From positions 4,154,001-4,218,000 of the forward strand of contig CM022676.1 of assembly GCA_012295275.1 (NCBI GenBank): a DNA stretch of 64,000 bases, read 5' to 3'. This DNA comes from Chrysomallon squamiferum. Its lineage: Eukaryota; Animalia; Mollusca. Positions 29,796 through 51,719 of this stretch are shown piece by piece. The notes under the pieces were generated by a model that did not search any database, was not told where the DNA came from, and saw only the letters and a list, made by a program, of their open reading frames with translations. Position 1 is the first letter of the stretch. The number at the start of each line of letters is the position of its first letter. A program made the position numbers and the translations under genes.

Positions 29796-30673
29796 GTATC
29801 TATGTATGTATGTATGAATGTATGTATGGAAACATATATACAAACATACATACATATATACTTAACTACATGTCTATATATATGTTTATAAATGCAAATA
29901 TGGAAATAGATACCCCTGTATGATGAAATATCTTCACACATACTTATAAAGGTATATAAATACACTCGGACAAGAGTAAAAAAAAAAAAATGAATATATA
30001 AAAAATATTATAAAATAAAAATAAATCGAAGAAGAAGAAATAACACTCTAAGCAGAATTAACTATTCAAAATACAACGCTGTATGTTATATCTCAGATTG
30101 CATTATGTATTTTTCTGATTCAGTCGAGTGGATTTAGTTATATATATGTTGGTAAACCATATCTATTCAAGCTGTTCTCTTCTTTTGTGACACTTGTGAG
30201 TTATTCATATGTTTATTATCTATTTACATTGAGTGAAGCATAATTCTATCTGATAATTTTATAAAAATTGGACGAGGTTTCGGGCGTACGAATCGATTTA
30301 TTATTTTTTTTATATATATTGTAATAAACGGCTTGGATTAGATTTTTTTTTTTTTATTTTTTTTTTTTTAAACCTTGTTTCTGCGTCTGCATGATTTCTG
30401 TTAAATGTCTTTCTCAGTACTGTTAGATTTTATTGGTAATTGTTGCTTATGTAAGAAAGTCCGAAATGAGAGAAAATGTGTTAAAGGAATTGTTATCAAG
30501 CAGTTAGAACGGGAAATAGGACACACACACATGTTCATACGTACATAATATATCAGAGTATGATAGTACATTATACAGCCTAACCTAACGCAATGTAACA
30601 TAATGTAATATAATATAAAAATATATAATAAAGCAAGCATAATACTAATAACAAAACAACAATAACAGACACT

Positions 30674-30706
<33 letters not shown>

Positions 30707-30831
30707 ATATTCCAGTATAAACCGAACACAATAGAAAGAGTATGCTACTCAATGACTTGACAGAAAGAGTATCATGTGTTTTCTAGTATATCTTTTGTTC
30801 GTCTTTTTCCATGCATGACTGGTTTTAAACT

Positions 30832-30884
30832 GAGTAGTAGAGTCCCAACATACAACAATAAAACTGACCACGTCATGTCATGAC

Positions 30885-30945
<61 letters not shown>

Positions 30946-31064
30946 AACATTACACATACCAAAATAAAACTGACGAATGTTTAAATATATATATATAGAT
31001 AGATATATATGCGTCATGACATGACTTGGTCAGTTTTATTTTGGGATGTTGTAACTCTACACTC
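30832..31064. repeat. Fold-back inverted repeat with 24-nt spacer
   Basis: Left arm ...aaactgaccacgtcatgtcatgacg(ta)n tttaaacatt mirrors aatgtttaaa(ta)n gcgtcatgacatgacttggtcagttt. Confidence 0.8.
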
Positions 31065-31113
31065 TATTTATGTCTGTGTGTGTGTGCGTGTGTGTGTGTT
31101 TTTGAGTTATGTA

Positions 31114-31211
<98 letters not shown>

Positions 31212-32406
31212 CAAACATATACCCACATACATACATACATATGTATATATTGAGATATATACATACATATATATACATACTGAACTACAGGTATATATAC
31301 ATATATGTATAAATGGAAATATGGAAATACATACACCTGTATGGTAAAATATCTTCACACATACTTATAAACGTACTCAAATACACTCGGACATGAATAA
31401 AAATAAAAGCAATAAAAAAAAAAAAGTAAATAAAAGAACGTATGTCTAACGAAATGAGAGAACATCGGTTAACCGAATTTTGGGCAAGGGGTTAGAACAG
31501 GAAAACAGTCAAGGGACATAATTATATATAGGTTGATAGATAGATGCGTTTATACATAATAGGTATATTATACATACATACACACACACACATATATATA
31601 TATATACACACACACACATACATTCATACGCACATAATATAGAATAACATGACAGTACACTGCACAACGTAACGTAACGCCGTGTAACATAATGTAATAA
31701 AATATAAAAATATGTAACAAAGCAAGAATAATAATAATAACAAAACAACAACAATAATAACACACACACAGCTACACACACACACCTACACACATACACA
31801 CCTACACACACACATATTCCAGTATAAACCGAACACAATAGAAAGAGTATGCTACTCAAATACATATATACATATAGAGATATATACATACATATATACG
31901 TACTTAACTACATGTATATTTACATATATGTAAAAATGCAAATATCGAAATACATACACCTGTAAGGTAAAATACCTTCAACATACTTATCAACGTAGAT
32001 AAATACAAAAAAATTAAATAAATAAAATACATTAACCAAAAGTATAAATAAATACAAAAAAATTAAATAAAATAAAATAAAAAGAATACGAAGAAGAAGA
32101 AATAACCTACTAAGAAGAATTAACTATATAAAATACAACTCTGTTTGTTATATCTCAGGCTGCATTAGGTATTGTTTCTGTTTCAATCGAGTGGATTTAG
32201 TTTATTAATAAATATGCAGAGCCAATGAGACTTTTGGTCACGTTTTGTCTGACACAGGAAGTAAAGGTCATAAGTTACCAGAATAAAGTACAACAAGAAG
32301 GCGTCGAAAACTGCTTTTACATTAACAGCAGTAAAATCGAGAAAGCAGTCAAGGAAAGAAAGTAACAATATTTTTGTTAATGGCAGTTAAAACTAAAACA
32401 CTGGAA

Positions 32407-32464
32407 ATGAGTTGTAAGATATTCTGTGTGTTCGTGTTACTGGGATGTGTAATTTACGTACAAG
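32407..32464 (+). CDS. Orphan or alternative leader exon MSCKIFCVFVLLGCVIYVQ(G)
   Basis: Intact ATG, hydrophobic core, CAAG|gtatgt; duplicated together with its upstream region 2.7 kb before D's leader. Confidence 0.6.
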
Positions 32465-33880
32465 GTATGTATTTTATATTCGTCCCAAATGACAGGCTTC
32501 TCATATAGAATAGTCTAGCATAAACAACAGAAGACACGGTTGAGCGCGTTTACTAATTACCTGCCGTTTACCTTGAATAATACATGTAACAAATTATGGA
32601 ATAGTCTGATACAATTAAATGCAGAACACAGAACAGAATAATATATTACCATTCATTACCATTTTGTGAATTGTGACTCTAACTATGAGAAAACTTCGGG
32701 AGATTTATGACGTAAAACTAAAATATTTACACACGTATACATAAAGAAAAAGAAACATTTGATGGGTCTCAGTAACACTGGTATCATCCGCATGTTTCAT
32801 CTTTTAATTTTTTATATTTCCTCAGATGTAAGATCCTTGACGTCATGAAAGTCTCTATTTTCTTGTATAACACTAACATGAGAAATGAAATTCCTGGCTG
32901 ACAATGTCAGATTTTTTTTATACTAAGAAGTTTTCTTTCCACGGCTAGGTAAACCATATCTATCCAAGCTGTTCTCTTTTTCTGTGATACTTGTGAGCTA
33001 TTCATATTTTTATTGTCTATTTACATTGAGTGAAGTAAAATTCTATGTGATGAATTTGTAAAAGTTTAACGAGGTTTTCGAGAGTACGAATCTTTTCTTT
33101 TTTTCTTTTATATTGTAATAATCGGCTTGGATTAGATTTAATTTTTTTTTTTTTTTTTTTTTTAAACTATGTTTCTGCGTCTGCATGTTTCCTGTTAAAT
33201 GTCTTTCTCTGTACTGTTAGATTTTATGGAGAATTTTTGCTTATGTAACAAAGACCGAAATGATAGAAAATGGGTTAAAGGAACTATGAGCAAGCATTTA
33301 GAACGGGAAACAGGACAAGGGACGTAATGAAGGAAACTGATGTAACTACTAAACTAGTGTGTACTATTTCTCTGCTCATTATGCTGTCTTTCTTTCTCAT
33401 ATAGCTGGTTTGTTTCTGTGTTCGTGATCACAAAGATATTTTTCGTTGTCATAATAAACACATTTTCCAGTTCTCTGCAATATTTTACTCTTTCATTTCG
33501 TACACAATAAGAAAGTAATGTTTCTCTTTGTCTTTCAAATGTGTTCGTCTCTTTGTGTGTCTTTGTTTATAACAAGCTTTCTCCATCGATTCTTCTATTT
33601 CCACGATTCTGGTTTTAGACACGTCTCTTTTCGTTTCTGTTATTATCAATGTATCTGTTACTCTGTCTGATTGTTCTTTCTTTCTTTACTTCACTGTATG
33701 CACACATCCATCCATCTGTCTACCCAATCACTGTCTCTGAATATATAATTCGTATATAAGAACGTACGTCTAACGAAATGACATATCAAAGGTTAAACCA
33801 ATTATGGGCAACCATTCAGAACAGGAAAACAGACAAGGGACATAATGAACGTACGTGTGTGTGTGTACATATATAAATAA

Positions 33881-33937
<57 letters not shown>

Positions 33938-33977
33938 TATGCACATACATATGTATAGTATACCTACCCACAAACAG

Positions 33978-34029
<52 letters not shown>

Positions 34030-34909
34030 AAAAACTCACACAATAGAAAGAGTATGCTACTCAATGACTTGACAGAAAGAGTATCATGTGTTTTGCGTTA
34101 AATCTTTTGTTCGACTTTTTCCATCCATGGCTGGTTTTAAACAGAGTGGTAGAGTCACAACATACCAGAGTAAAACTGACAAAGTCATGTCATGACGTAA
34201 GAAACAAAACTTGGCAAACATCCATGTTGCCTAGGTTACGCCACAATTCAAAATGGCCGCCCTTTATCTATGCAGCAAAGATTTCTAATTACTAAAAATG
34301 CACAACCACACTTACTTACACACACACACATACACACACATATATATAGGTATGTATGTATACACATATACAAGCATACACTGATACCCGAACATGCACA
34401 TATACCACCTACCTGCCTACGCTCATAAATGTTATATACATACAACATATGTACATGCTATATATATCTATATATATATATATCTATATATATATTATCA
34501 TTAAATATATGTTAAATATATGTGTGTGCAAGTATGTTTGTGTATATATGTATATATATATGTAAACACACACATATACACATATTCATACATATATATA
34601 GATAGAGATATATATATACATATATACGTACTTAACTACATGTATATTTACATATATGTATAAATGCAAATACCTAAATACATACACCTGTTAGGATAAA
34701 ATACGTTCACACATACTTATAAATGTACATAAATACAAAAAGAAGTAAAATAAACTAAAACCAAATTATAAATAAATACAAAAATATAAAAGAAAATAAA
34801 AGAAAAAGAAAACGAAGAAGAAGAAATAACCTACTAAGAAGAATTAACTATTCAAAACACAACTCTGTATGTTATATCTCAGGCTGCATTAGGTATTTTT
34901 TCTGATTGA

Positions 34910-35130
34910 ATCGAGTGGATTTAGTTTATTAATAAATATGCAGAGCCAATGAGACTTTTGCTCACGTTTTGTCTTACACAGGAAGTAAACGTCATAAGTT
35001 ACCAGAATAAAGTTCAAGAAGAAGGCGTCGAAAACAGCTTTTACATTAAGAGCAGTAAAATCGAGAAACCAGTGAAGAATAGAAAGCAACTATATTTTTA
35101 TTAACGGCAGTTAAAACTAAAATACTGGAA
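34910..35130 (+). promoter_or_regulatory. Putative promoter/5'UTR of the receptor family
   Basis: Block conserved upstream of the leaders at 32407, 35131 and 46192, and in reverse at ~7620-7830; contains gCCAATga and cAGGAAGT (CCAAT- and ETS-like). Confidence 0.4.
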
Positions 35131-35188
35131 ATGAGTTGTAAATTATTCTGTGTGTTCGTGTTGCTGGGATGTGTAATTTACGTACAAG
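35131..35188 (+). CDS. D: signal-peptide exon MSCKLFCVFVLLGCVIYVQ(G)
   Basis: K then hydrophobic core then V-Q-G cleavage site; gtatgt donor; phase 1 matches Ig1. Confidence 0.8.
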
Positions 35189-37668
35189 GTATGTATTTTA
35201 TATTCGTCCCAAATGACAGGCTTCTCTTATAGAATAGTCTAGCATAAACAACAGAAGACACGGTTGAGCGCGTTTACTAATTACCTGCCGTTTACCTTCA
35301 ATAATATATGTAATAAATTGTGGAATAGTCTGATACAACTAAATACAGAAAATAGAACAAACTTATATAAAATCAGATTTATTCACAGATTTATTTGTAG
35401 ATTTATTAATTAAATCTACTAGATTATAATTAGACTCTCACTCTTGCTTGTATGAACAGAATGGAGCATACCATTAAATCAGTTAGGGGTGTACAAGATA
35501 CATGACCGAATAAATAGTTTTGTCTGTCAAGTGGCGTTTCTGCATTATAGGCTGTCAGTCTGTCTTTTGAGACGCAACCATTTTATTTGTACCTGATTTC
35601 AATTAATTTACAAACTCTGAAAACTTGACTGAGTCGAAGTTATGTTTCGTTGACTAATGTAGAAAAATATATATGCGTAATTGCGTGATTTGAATTTTTC
35701 AAATATATCTTTATTAAAACATGAGACAATAACAAACCATAACATAAAATAACATAACATAACAGCATGACGGTCCATAACAGAGAGTACAGTAACGTAA
35801 TGTAACATAATTATGGAATAAAGCATAAAAAAAATCAAAAAAACCCAAACAACTAAAATAACAAAAAAACGAAAATAACACAAAGAAGAATGTAATTATA
35901 AAGAAATATATTTAATTTTATTTGAATTGTTCTTTTATTATTTTAAAATTTAGGTCTGAATTACAGTTTAACAACATCAGAGAAATATGCAATTGTTGGA
36001 TCACCTTTTACTATTACCTGTCGAGGACATGCTGCTCTAATTAACTGGTTTGAGAATAACAGAAGATACAGGATGCGTGCACTAGATGAACACGGTCGCT
36101 GTTATTTTCTTAATGAACATCCAAAAGAATATTCTTTTAACTGTTCAGACGATATTAACACTGTGACAATAAAATCAGTGAAACGCAGTCAACATGGAAC
36201 AGTGTGGAGATGTGGGTTTTCTTCTGAAGAAAGCAATGAAAAAAAACTGGAAGTGAGAGGTAAAAATCAGTTTCAGTATTATCATCCTACGAAATATATA
36301 CTTTCAATGATGATAAAACAATAAACTAAATAAATCAGCAAAAATATTAGCAAAATAAATACAAATAAATAAATAAATAAATAGTAGTGACATTAGTTAT
36401 AATTATAATATTATCAGCAACAACTGAAACAGTACGGTATCATCATCACTTCGATGACAACATCCATAACTAACAATACGAACAACCCACAATTTGTACT
36501 GTCAGAAAGATTAAACAAAAATATGCAGACAATGATGATGAAGCTGCCGATTATGATGACGATGTTAATAACGTTTTATTTTTTTTTATTATTTTTTTTT
36601 TTTTTCAGACGGTCCTGGAATCTCACTCAAACTCAATACTTCGTTTGTTGTGACTGTTGTGGAAGGAAGTGACGTCACAGTGTTGTGTTCGGCGACGTGT
36701 TTCATCACGTGTAATTATCAATGGAAGCTCGCAGATGACGTCCTAAGTAACACAAACATTCTGTCATTGGCTAATGTTCAGATATCACAATCAGGTCTTT
36801 ATGTGTGCGTGGCTGAAAATCCAGATACGAAAGAAACTGCTAATGAAACACTTCGTTTGACTGTTCATAGTAAGTAATAAACTAATTAGAGTAGAAAGAA
36901 AAAATGATAAAATAAACAAACAAGTCAATATTTGTTAGACGTGTATATTTATAATATCAGAGACCCAGATATAAACATTTATTCAAGAATATCCAGATAA
37001 AATTAGACTCACTTTGTTAGGCTATAGATTGCTTTATCTATATATTTATCTGAGTGTGTTTCTGTGTCTGTGCGTCTCAGGGTGTGGGCGTGCCCGGGCG
37101 TGCCAGGGCGTGTTTAATGTATGTTTATTTTGAGTAGTATATAATAACTTAATCTCACGTTTTTATTTTCATTAATGATTTTTTAAGCCCTGTAGAAGAC
37201 AGCAGTCTGTTTGTAAAAATATTTGGCAGCGTTTTTGGAACTTTCCTTGTTCTGTCTGTTATCACAGTCTTTGTCGTTGTTCTCTATGTCCGAAACAATT
37301 GAAGTATTTCTTTGTTTGTTTGTTTGATTCCTTCTTTCTTTCTCTATTTCTTTTTATTTTATTTTCTATTCTTTATTTATTTATTCATTCATTAAGTTGA
37401 TCGTTCGTTCATTTATTCATACCTTCATACTAGTGTTTGTTTGTTCTTTTTATGTTTATTTATTTTATTATGTATTTTAATTACATATACGCATGGATAA
37501 AAGGGGAGATAAATCAAGACTACTTTACACAACTACATTACACAGAGTAATCAAACCTGTTTTCTTGACTACCTGTCTAGTTCAGCCACCTGATAAATAC
37601 TAATTCCATTTATTTTTCTCATACAGCTTAACTAAATAGTTATTTTATGTTAAAATTGTTTGTGTGTT

Positions 37669-37700
<32 letters not shown>

Positions 37701-37827
37701 TACAGACACGTCAGCACGATTATTGTTTTCTCCACACCTCACCAGTTTTATACAAACGAAAATTTCATTGCATGTTTCAGATAATCAGACTGCGCCAGCG
37801 GCTGTACAACAACATACAGAGATGTGA
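35131..37827 (+). CDS. Copy D: leader-Ig1-Ig2 receptor lacking Ig3-Ig5 and all tyrosine exons (candidate secreted/decoy form)
   Basis: Leader 35131-35188, Ig1 35954-36259 and Ig2 36609-36869 all open and phase 1; damaged TM exon 37187-37303; phase-1 terminal exon 37781-37827 (NNQTAPAAVQQHTEM*). Confidence 0.72.
35954..36259 (+). CDS. D: V-like Ig1 exon
   Basis: GSPFTITC..WFENN..C..C..VTIKSV..HGTVWRC; tttag/gtaaaa. Confidence 0.87.
36609..36869 (+). CDS. D: Ig2 exon
   Basis: DGPG..EGSDVTVLCSATCFITCNYQW..SGLYVCVAEN; ORF 36650..36877. Confidence 0.87.
37187..37303 (+). pseudogene. D: degenerate TM exon
   Basis: Acceptor cag|g became taag, shifting the AG by 1 nt; TGA at 37300-37302 in the ancestral frame. 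Confidence 0.7.
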
Positions 37828-39510
37828 TAAAGTTTAAAAATACATGAAACTGTTGTTCGTGAATGACAAAGAAGAAAACAAGTTTTATTTGTTAATCATG
37901 TACTTCTTAAAACTGTGTTATGAATACTAACAGGATATTAATTTGTTAAAAGTTACCATTTTGTGAATTGTGACTCTAACTATGAGAAAACTTCGGGAGA
38001 TTTATGACGTAAAACTAAAATAATTACACACGTATACATAAAGAAAAAGAAACATTTGATGGGTCTCAGTAACACTGGTATCATTCGCATGTTTCATCTT
38101 TTAATTTTTTATATTTCCTCAGATGTAAGATCCTTGACGTCATGAAAGTCTTTATTTTCTTGTATAACACTAACATGAGAAATGAAATTCCTGGCTGACA
38201 ATGTCAGATTTGTTTTATACTAACAAGAGTTTTCTTTCCACGGCTTCGTAAACTTTATCTGTCAAAGCTGTTCTCTTTTTTGGTGATATCTGTGAGTTTT
38301 TCATATTTTTATTGTCTATTTACATTGAGTAAAGCATAATTCTATCTGATGATTTTGGAACAGTTTGACGAGGTTTCGGGCGTACGAATCGATTTTGTTT
38401 GGTTTTTTCGGTTTTTTTATGTTGAAATAAACGACTTGGATTGGATTTAAAACGCTTTTGTTTTTTAAACAATGTTTCTGTATGTGCATGTTTCCTGTTA
38501 AGTATCTTTCTCTGTACTGTTAGATTTTATTGGGAATTGTTGCTTATTTAAAAAAAGACGGAAATGATAGAAAATGGGTTAAACGAACTATGGGCAAGCT
38601 GTTAGAACCGGAAAAAGGACTAGGGACATAATGAAGGGAACTGATGTAAGTACTAAACTATATCTAACCAAGCTATTAACTTTTTTGGTGATACCTGTGA
38701 GTTTTTCATATTTTTATTCTCTATTGACATTGAGTGAAACATAATTCTATGTCATCATTTTGTAAAAGTTAAATGAGGGTTCGAGCGTACCAATCGATTT
38801 TGTTTGATTTTTGTTGTTTGTTTTGTTTTTTTATATTGAAATAAATGGCTTGGATTGGATTTAAAAAGCTTTTGTTTTTTCAAACAATGTTTCCGTGTGT
38901 GCATGTTTCCTTTTAAAGAGGACAAGGGACGTAATGAAGGGAACTGATGTAACTACTAAACTAGTGTCTACTATTTATCTGCTCATTATGTTATTTTCTT
39001 TATCATATTACCAGATTTGTTTATGTGTTCGCGATAACAAAGATTTTTCGTTGACATAATAAATACATTTTCCAGTTCTCTGCTCTATTTTATTCTTTCC
39101 CTTCGTGCACAATAAGTAAATTAATGTTTCTCTTTGTCTTTCAAATGTGTTCGTCTGTTTGTGTGTCTTTGTTTATAACAAGCTTTCTCCATCGATTTTT
39201 CAAATTCAACCGTTCTGATTTTACACACCTCTCTTTTCGTTTCTGTTATTCTCTATTTATCTGTTACTCTGTCAAGTTGTTCTTTCTTTCTTTACTTCAC
39301 TATATCCACACATCCATCCATCTGTCTACCCAATCACTGTCTCTGAATATATAATTACATATGTAAGAACATATGTCTAACGAAATGACAGAACATGGGT
39401 TAAACGTATTGTGGTGAAGCAGTTACAAGAGGAAAACTGACAAGGGACATAATGAAGAGAAGTTATGTAACTACCAGACGTATGTGTGTTTGTGAGTGAG
39501 TGTGTATATA

Positions 39511-39621
<111 letters not shown>

Positions 39622-39653
39622 GTATACACAAACATAGGTATAGTATACATACA

Positions 39654-43290
<3,637 letters not shown>

Positions 43291-44357
43291 TAAACAAGGA
43301 AACAAGAACTGTTTGTTAATCATTCACCTCTTAAGGACACCTTCACGAAAACTTCAAGAATATTAAGTTGTTAAATGTTTTATTTATTTTATTTTTTTTT
43401 TTTATTAAAATACAAAGACTTCAGTTTCTACAGTAACAACAGATTTGAACTTGGTAAATAGCTACCTGTGAGAAAGGTTATACGTATTTTAATGAGTTGC
43501 TAATCCCGAATTTCTACCATTCATTAACATTGCGTGAATTGTGAATGTATCTATATTAAAATCTCGTGTTATTTATCATGTAAAATTAACGTATTAAATA
43601 GATACACATAAACAAAAAAAAGTTTTATCAATCTCAGTAATGGATTCCCGCGATGATATCCAAGAAATGAAACTTCGGTCAAATTCGCAAATTTTCTATT
43701 TTTATTTTATTTTATTTTTTAAAAAACTTTCTTTTATAATGGTGACATGAGAAATGAAATTCCTGGCTGACAATGACAGAATAAAACTATATTTACAGTT
43801 TTCTGTACTAACAAGAGTACCCGGTCTATTGTCTGGTAACCCGTATCATTTTTGGTGATACTTTTGAGTTCTTCATCTTTTTATACTCAATCTGCATTGA
43901 GTGGGGTTTAATTCTGTCCGATGATTTTATGAAGATTTCTGTAAAAGTTTGAGGAGTGCGTACGAACTGGTTTTTCATATTAACGGCTTGGGTAGTATTT
44001 AAAACGGACGAATACATGGGATTCACGTGAAGAACTGTTCAACCCGTGGAATTCCATTTGTTGATACTTCGTTTCCAGGACAACGGATCACACGGCCAAG
44101 CAATATCGCCAGATGACAAGAGGAATATTGCCAGGAAGGTTCTGACGTCATGACATTTGTATTATTTCTTAGTAACCACCGCTTTGAAACACAATGGCTT
44201 TTGCTAACAAAAAAATCTCTCGATGATTTAAATAACAAAATTTCAGCTACAGTGTACTGTAAACAGCGGTATCAAATAAATAAAAAATAAAAAAATAAAT
44301 CATGATCTTCAGAAATGGATCATATATGATATACTGCCTAGCTACGATGTTGACCAG

Positions 44358-44389
<32 letters not shown>

Positions 44390-46191
44390 GTAATAAAATC
44401 CACATACAATATTTTCACTTGCACCCTTCAAACGTGTTTTTCTCTGTTGTAATGAATCTATTTGGAGCTGACATTGTGATTTAGAATTACTGTTGTACGC
44501 CTTCAGTATTTTTTGCACACTACCTTTATAACAAAGAAAAGGAACGGAAGAACTGGGGTAGAGAAAAATACAAAATAACTGATGTAATCACTTATATCTG
44601 TACCCTTTTCCATCTCTGAACACAGATATATTACTAAAATATGGCTTTGAATAAATTAGGAAACTTATCTCTGTTGTCCTGAAGAGTTTAATTTGTTTTT
44701 TCTTTCTTTTACCCTCTTTTCAAACTTTTAGAAATGTTCTAGCAGATGTAAATCGTTGATTTTAAATGTTATCCAGACTTAAAAGGAACTCAGGAAGAGG
44801 AATCATTATAAAAAAACGAAAAAAAAACAAAAACAAGATTGCTTATTGTTCCTTGTGTAACAATCATTGAAATGATAGAAAATGGGTTAAAGGAATTTGT
44901 CAACAAGCAGTTAGAACGGGAAATAGGACAAGGGACGAAATGAAGGGAACTGATGTAACAACTAAACTAGTGTGTACTATTTTACTGCTCACTATGTTAT
45001 CTTTCTTTATCATATTAGCAGATTTGATTATGTGTTCGCGATAACAAACATTTTATCGTTGATATAATAAATACATTTTCCAGTTCTCTGCTGTATTTTA
45101 TTATTTCCCTTTGTACACAATAAGAAAGTAATGTTTATCTTTGTCTTTTAAATGTGTTACTCTGTTTCTGTGTTTTTGTTTATAACAAGCTTTCTCCATC
45201 GATTTTTGTATTTCAACTGTTCTGATTTTACACACCTCTCTTTTCTTTTCTGTTATTCTCTATTTACCTGTTACACTGTCTGATTGTTCTTTCTTTACTT
45301 CACTGTATCCACACATCCATCCATCTCTCTATCCAATCACTGTCTCTGAATATATAATTACGTATATAAGAAAGTACGTCTAATGAAACGACAGAACATG
45401 GGTTAAACGAATTCTCTGCAAGGAGTTAGAATAGGAAAACAGACAAGGGACATAATAAAGGGAAGTTACTTAAGTTATAAACGTACGTGTGTGCGTGTGT
45501 GTGTGTATGAATGTAAGTATGGAAACACATATATACACACATACTTACATATATACATACAGAATATATACATACATACATATATACTTAACTACATGTC
45601 TATATATATGTATATGGAAATACATACACCTGTATGGTAAAATATGTTTACACACCCTTATAAAGGTGCATAAATACACTCGGACATCAGGAAAAAAAAT
45701 AATAATAATAAAAAAAAAAATTATAAAAAAGAAAAAAGAAAATAACATAAAAAGAAAACGAAGAAGAAGAAATAACACTCTAAGCAGAATTTACTATTCA
45801 AAATACAACGCTATATGTTATATCTCAGTGCATTATGTATTTTTCTGATTCAATCGAGTATGAGACTAGTGTTTATATTATGTATATACAGGATGCACAC
45901 CTGATACTTTACCAGAATAAAGTTTATTAATAAATATGAAGAGCCAATGAGACTAGTGTTCATATTGTGTATGAAGCAGGAAGGAAACCTGATACGCTAC
46001 CAGGATAAAGTTTATTAATAAATATGTACAGCCAATGACCCGGAAGGAAATCTCATAAATTACCAGAGGAAAGTACAACAAGAAGGCGTCGAAAACTGCT
46101 TTCACATTAACAGCAGTAAAATCGAGAAAGCAGTGAAGAAAAGAAAGTAACTATATTTTTATTAACGGCAGTTAAAACTAAAACACTGGAA

Positions 46192-51715
<5,524 letters not shown>

Positions 51716-51719
51716 GATC

